NCBI RefSeq assembly: GCF_035084215.1
Contig: NC_090331.1
Coordinates: 30,814,001-30,878,000 of the forward strand
DNA: 64,000 nt
Source of the DNA: Heptranchias perlo
Lineage: Eukaryota
Reading direction: 5' to 3'
The notes below the pieces were generated by a model that was not told the DNA's origin, did not search any database, and saw nothing but the letters and a program-made list of their open reading frames with translations. Within the stretch, counting starts at the first letter, position 1; each line of letters begins with the position of its first letter. The position numbers were made by a program, and so were the translations under genes. Below are positions 57,571-64,000 of the stretch, piece by piece.

Positions 57571-58101
57571 GGGATCTATCAGAGGGATTGAAAAATACCC
57601 TGGAACCTAATCAGTGGGATGGATAAACACGGTGGGATCCATCAGAGGAATGGATAAAAATTATAGGTCTTTGCTATTCACATTAGTACATTTCTTAAAA
57701 GCAACATCCCAAGTTATTTTCTAATTTCGAAGATCAAACAAATGAGTAAGAATTGTCAATTTCATAGGTAACTAGGATAGCCGACTTGAGAAATGAAAGC
57801 AAGTACATTGTTTTCAGACAGGGATAATTTCAAAGACTGGAGTGAAGACACATTGCAAGGAACATGGCTCACAGCTGGCCTATGACACGCATAGGCCCAA
57901 GAGTATCCTCTCTTTTTTGGAGAGGCAAAAGAGATTATCCAGTTCTCAAAAGACAAAAGCTCACAGCCAAATGATGAAGGCCACTAAGTTTCAGTAATCT
58001 GATGACTATCTTTTCTGATCTCTGTCTCTGCTGTTACATAATTTTTTTTAAGATATGCAAACTGAAAGTTGATTTTAATTACTAACTTTAAAAAAAATCA
58101 T

Positions 58102-60902
58102 TGAATGGTTCAGAGCACAGAAGGAGGCCATTTGGCCTGTCGAGTCCGTGCCCGTTCTCTGCAAGAGCAATCCAGCTAGTCCCACTCCCCGACCCTATCC
58201 CCATAGCCCTGCAAACTTTTTCCCTTCAAATACTTATCTAATTCTCTTTTGAAAGCCACAACTGAATCAGCCTACACCACCCCCTCAGGCAGTGCATTCC
58301 AGATCACAACCACTCGCTGTGTAAAGAGTTTTTTTCTCACGTCCCCTTTGGTTCTTTTGCTAATCACCTTAAATCTATGTCCTCTGGTTCTTGACCCCTC
58401 TGCCAATGGGAACAGTTTCTCTCGATCTACTCTGTCCAGACCCTTCATGATTTTGAATACCTCTATCAAATCTTCTCTCAACTTTTTCTGCTCTAAGAAC
58501 AACCCCAATCTTCTCCAGTCTATCCACGTAACTGAAGTCCCACATCCCTGGAACCATTCTAGTAAATCTCTTCTGCACTCTACGGCCTTCACATCTTTCC
58601 TAAAGTACGGTGCCCAGAACTGCACACAATACTCCAGTTGTGGCCAAACCAGTCTTTTATAAAAGGTTCATCATTACCTCCTTGCTTTTGTACTCTATGC
58701 CTCTATTTATAAAGCCCAGGATCCCGTATGCTTTCTCAACCTGCACTGCCACCTTCAATGATTTGTGTACATATACCCCCAGATCTCCCTGTTCCTGCAC
58801 TTCTTTAGTTTATATTGCCTCTTCTCGTTTTCCTACCAAAACGTATCACTTCACACTTTTCTGCATTGAATTACTTCTGCCACATGTCCGCCCATTCCGC
58901 CAGCCTGTCTGTGTCCTGTTGAAGTCTAATTCTATCCTCACTGTTCACTACCCTTCCAAGTTTTATGTCATCTGCAAATTTTGAAATTGTGCCCCACACA
59001 TATCATTAATATATATCAAAAAAAGCAATGGTCCTAGTACCGACCTCTGAGGAACACCTCTGTATACCTCCCTCCAGTCTGAAAAACAGCCGTTCACCAC
59101 TACTCTCTGTTTCCTATTACTTAGCCAATTTTGCATCCATGCTGCCACTGCCCACTTTATTCCATGGGCTTCAACTTTGATGACAAACCTATTACGCGGC
59201 ACTTTATCAAACACCTTTTGGAAGTCCATATACACCACATCAACCACATTGACCTCATCAACCCCCTCTGTTACCTCATCAAAAAAAAATCAATCAAGTT
59301 GGTTGTACACAATTTGCCTTTAACAAATCCGTGCTGGCTTTCCTTCATTAACCCACACTTGTCCAAGTGACTATTAATTTTGTCCTGGATTATTGTTTCT
59401 AAAAGTTTCCCCACCACCGAGGTTAAACCGACTGGCCTGTAGTTGCTGGGTTTTTCCTACACCCCTTTTTGAACAAGGGTGTAACATTTGCAATTCTCCA
59501 GTCCTCTGGCACCTCCCCCGTATCTAAGGATGATTGGAAGATTATGGCCAGTACTTCTGCAATTTCCAACCCTGCTTTCCCCAGCAACCTAGGATGCATC
59601 CCATCCGGACCGGGTGACTTATCTTTAAGTACAGCTAGATTTTCCAGTGCCTCCTCTTTTTCAATTTTTAGCCCATCCAGTATCTCAACTACCACTTCAC
59701 TTACTGTGTTTTTGGCAACATCATCTTCCTTGGTAAAGACAGATGCAAAGTACTCATTTAAAACCTCAGTCATGCCCGCCATGCATAGATCTCCTTTTTG
59801 GACCCTAATTGGTCCCACCCCTCCTCTTACTACCCATTTACTGTTTACATGCCTATAGAAGACTTTTGGATTCCCTTTTATGTTTGCTGCCACTCTATTC
59901 TCATACTCTCTCTTTGCCCCTCTTATTTCCTTTTCCGCCTCCCCTCTGAACTGTATATAATTCAGCCAGGTTCTCACTTGTATTAGCAACCTGACATCTG
60001 TCGTACGCCCCTTTTTTCTGTTTCATCTTACTCTCTACCTCTTGTAAACAATTTTACAACACCAAGTTATAGTCCAACAATTTTATTTGAAAATCACAAG
60101 CTTTCGGAGGCTTCCTCCTTCCTCAGGTGAATGTGGAAATGAAATCCTCGAACCTTTCGCATTTATAAATCACTGAACAATACCTGGTGATTACAGATAG
60201 TCTTTCCAACTGCCCGTTGCCAAGGCAATCAAAGTGTTTAGACAGAGAGGTGTTACCTACAGGGCCACCGAATATACAAACAACCAAAAAAACTCTTAAC
60301 CTCTTGTGTCATCCAGGGAACTCTGTTTTCAGTTGCCCTACCTTTCTCCCTTGTGGGAACGTATCCAGACTGTACCCGAACCATCTCCTCTTTAAAGGCC
60401 GCCCACTGTTCATTTACAGTTTTACCTGCCCATCTTTGATTCCAATTTACCTGGGCCAGATCCATTCTCATCCCATTGAAATTGGCCTTCCTCCAATTGA
60501 GTATTTTTACTTTAGAGTGATCCTTGTCCTTTTCCATAGCTAATCTAAACCATATGATACTATCATTGCTGTTCCCTAAATGTTCCCCCACTGACACTTG
60601 CTCCACTTGGCCCACCTCATTTCCCAGAACCAGATTCAGCAATGCCTCCTTCCTCGTTGGGCTGGAAACATACTGGTCAAGAAATTTCTCCTGAACACAC
60701 TTCAAAGATTCCTCCTCCTCTTTGTCCCTCACACTATTACTATCCCAGTTGATATTAGGATAGTTGAAGTTCCCCATTATCACTAGTCTATGGTTCTTGC
60801 AAATCTCTAATTTCCCTGCAAATTTGCTCCTCTATATCCTTCCCAATAGTTGGTGGCCTATAGACTACCCCCAGTAGTGTAATGGCACCTCTATTGTTTC
60901 TT
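58102..60902 (-). mobile_element. 5'-truncated CR1 LINE, about 2.5 kb plus a nested pLTR
   Basis: Colinear EN (GNFNYPNINW), WRIANVTPLFKKG, YMDFQKVFDKVP, GVPQRSVLGP and WNALP remnants; possible TSD aaaatcat at 58094-58101 and 60903-60910. Confidence 0.92.
60046..60298 (-). mobile_element. Penelope pLTR fragment with hammerhead motif (60092-60132), nested in a CR1
   Basis: Reverse complement aligns with about 50000-50245; 9-bp TSD acctcttgt at 60037-60045 and 60299-60307. Confidence 0.9.
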
Positions 60903-63556
60903 AAAATCATCTCCTTAAATTCACAAGCAATAATGTTGGTACAAGTTTACTACTATTTAATAACAAATTGTGTTACTCATTCATTTCAATATTTTTCAGT
61001 ATCACTGGCAATCAATTCATAACAGTAGGTCATAAAACACACGAAAGCATGGGAAGGATGATCCTGGAATTTGGTTTCAGGGGGAATGGAGAAGAACTTT
61101 GCATGGGTTTGGCAGTATTGTGGAAATGGGAGTCTGACTGCCCTGGGGGCCCAGGAGAATGAGGTCTGAACTGCCTTGGTCTCTTTCAGAATTTAGGGTT
61201 CCCACCACCAATTTGCTCCTGCCCATAAGCTTCATACTCCTGATCTACTGATTAACCCTTTTAAGCCATCAAGCACTCTTCCCACTGCTCTCCCCATTGT
61301 CAGCAGGTTCCTGCATTTAAGCATTTTGCATACTATGTGTGTATTTGCTGACTTATGTAGTCTTCAATGAAGATATGTTTCTATAAATAAACAAAAGTCA
61401 CCCCATAAAATGCTAAAAAGTTCATCATTTACAGTTTCCAATATTTTTTTTACACAAAAATGTACCCGTAAGCCTCTAAACTGGTCTTACACGAGAAGGA
61501 TTTTTTAAAAATTGAATCTGGAGCCAAACGGAGAGCAGTGTTGCCATGATTAACATGGACAGCAATTAATCAGGAGTGAAGAACAAGAGTGAGGTGGGGT
61601 GGATGTCGCAGGTTATGTGGAGAGCCAGCTGGGAGATGCAAATAAGGGTGCAACAGCGCTACCTACTGTTGGGCTTTCTAAGCTGCAAGCTAAGTGTTGG
61701 TCCTGGTTCATCAATTTAACATTGAAAGTAAGGTAGGTACCTGGGGTATTACACTCGAAGTGTCACAAGTGGGGAGAAAATCCTAGAAGTGCAATACAGG
61801 ATGTTTGCATGTAATTGTATGAAATTTAATATCCTACATCTATAGATTATATGATTGGACACTTGAGCAACTGGTTACTCTAGATGTGTTTTGCCAAGCA
61901 TGAACTGCTGCCTAAATTACTAGGCCAACTACCGCACAAATTGACAGGAACCCCCTACATTCTTGAACGTGATGCACATCAAGGATGTTGGACTAATTTA
62001 TGCAGCCATTTAACATGAAAACAAGAGGAAAAAAATAAAGATGGCTCACCGCTCTCAAAATTACAATACAAAATAAACCTCTAAGTTATTCCAGTTTCAA
62101 TCTGCACAGATCATATTACTCACTCTCGCATTTGCCTCCAAGGTTTGTCACGAATACAAATCTCCTTCCAAGCCTTATTGTCTCATCTACATTCAACATG
62201 TTGAACCCAGCTTCTTTCAAAACTCTTAACCTACGACATCTATAAAAATAGCAGTCTTCACCATATGCTCAAAATAACTATTCTCCTCTCGCACATTCTA
62301 TCACAATTGTTTAGCTAACAAAAAAACCCCATGGGGAACAACACGAGTGCACAACCAGATGCATCAGATTTAGTACAGTCTTAGTGCAAACATATAACCA
62401 TCAGCAACAAATCAAGGTCAAAGGAATTTTATAAACCAATTTTAAAAAGTTTATAACATTATGTGGTCTAAAACAGGCACACAAATCAGATGATGAATGA
62501 TCACCACAGACAAACGAGTTAATAGTCAATTGTTTGGCTCGTATGAGTTTTAAGTTATGCAGACCAACATCACTACTTTTTTTTGCTAACCTACCAAACT
62601 TCATTTGTATCCTCATTTAAGGGGAGATCAAAATTATGGAATTTCTCCCCCCAATATCTGCTCTCGAAACTTCACTGCAGGGAACAATTGATGTGCATAA
62701 TATCAACCATTCACAACTACTAAACTCTAGCAGCGTGTATCTTTTAAGTCATTTTTTATATAAACATCAATGAAAAAAAAAGTACAAACATATGCTGTGG
62801 CATAGCTACATTCAAAGCTACTTTCCATACCAAAAATGTTATATAATCTTATCTTTGCAGATAGAAGAGAAAAACAAAAATGTCATTAGAAGCTTGAATT
62901 CAACAATTTAGTCTTCTGGTTTAAGCAGTGCACTTTCTATTATTTAACATCCATGACAAGTTAATATTCTCAGCTTATTCTGAGTGCAAAAGCAAGTCTT
63001 CAAGATAGAATTAATTTATTTTGCTTTTCTCACCAGCACACTAAAATATCTAGCTTGGTTCAGATCATCAATTGTAAAAACACATGATAAACAGGCTTAA
63101 TATATTAAGCAGGTATTAAGCCACAAAACTAGAGGTTACCCTTTTTTTTAGTACTGTGGGATCTTCAAGAGTGCAAATACTAACTTAGAAGCAAAATCAA
63201 ATCATGAAGAGTAATTACTACTAAATAGATAAAATGGTTGCAATAAGTTGTACTAGTTACAGAAAATGCAGTAAAAAAGACAATTAGGATCTTTATATTT
63301 GGTAGAATTCTTATCACTGAAGTATTTGTTCTTGTATGTAAAGCATAGAGTTCTGTAACCTGTTATTTTTCTCACATTATGACCATTCGGCTCCTTAAGT
63401 TCAAATACCTTCAGTACAATGCAACTGATGCTCCTCAAATGCATAATGAGAATTTAACAAGCCAATTATTTCCCTCTGTAACAAAGCCTTTATTTTGAAG
63501 AAATAAAACTACAATAGCAAAAAAAAACCCACTACACCATCAGACTAGGGATTTTA

Positions 63557-63673
<117 letters not shown>

Positions 63674-64000
63674 CTAAAGGAAAACATTCAATGTTAGGGC
63701 AAATGCATTGACACAAAAATATATTTAGCTACATTTATTTAATCAAAAGTAAGCTCATTCCAACCGTATACCCTGCAACAAGCTTAAAATTAGCTTTGAA
63801 AAACTCATTTTTAGTTTCAAAATATCCAGTTAGATAATTGGATTTTTGATTCTATTTGTTTGGATATGCAAATCTAAGCTCCCTGATTAGACTAGATGAC
63901 AATGACCTGATCACACAAGTCCTGCCATATTATGTTGTTACAGGGTACAGTTTTCAATATACTTTCCCACAGCAATTGCTTAAATAGTCTACTCCATTTA

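Overview
Vertebrate genomic DNA; the repeat content suggests a cartilaginous fish, probably a shark (inference). The whole window lies inside one minus-strand gene, R3HDM1. I traced 18 internal coding exons by hand between 63673 and 13973. All have GT-AG boundaries and consistent phases, totalling 2299 nt (766 codons) and including the R3H and SUZ domains; the 5' and 3' exons lie outside the window. The intronic miR-128-1 hairpin is at 21660-21741. The introns hold decayed CR1, L2 and a third LINE family, ancient SINEs, a small MITE, and a young Penelope-like (RT + GIY-YIG) element at 47663-50249. The most notable items are: (1) a minimal hammerhead-ribozyme motif in five copies across four Penelope-related insertions, one of them a TSD-flanked perfect 87-bp-arm palindrome with a ribozyme on each strand; (2) a snap-back copy of target DNA at the Penelope 5' junction; (3) a TSD-flanked chimeric retro-insertion made of the 3' half of tRNA-Ile(AAT) fused to reiterated CR1 tails; (4) a candidate 23-nt frameshifting micro-exon. 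Repeat boundaries are approximate. Family names come from recalled motifs, not from database searches.
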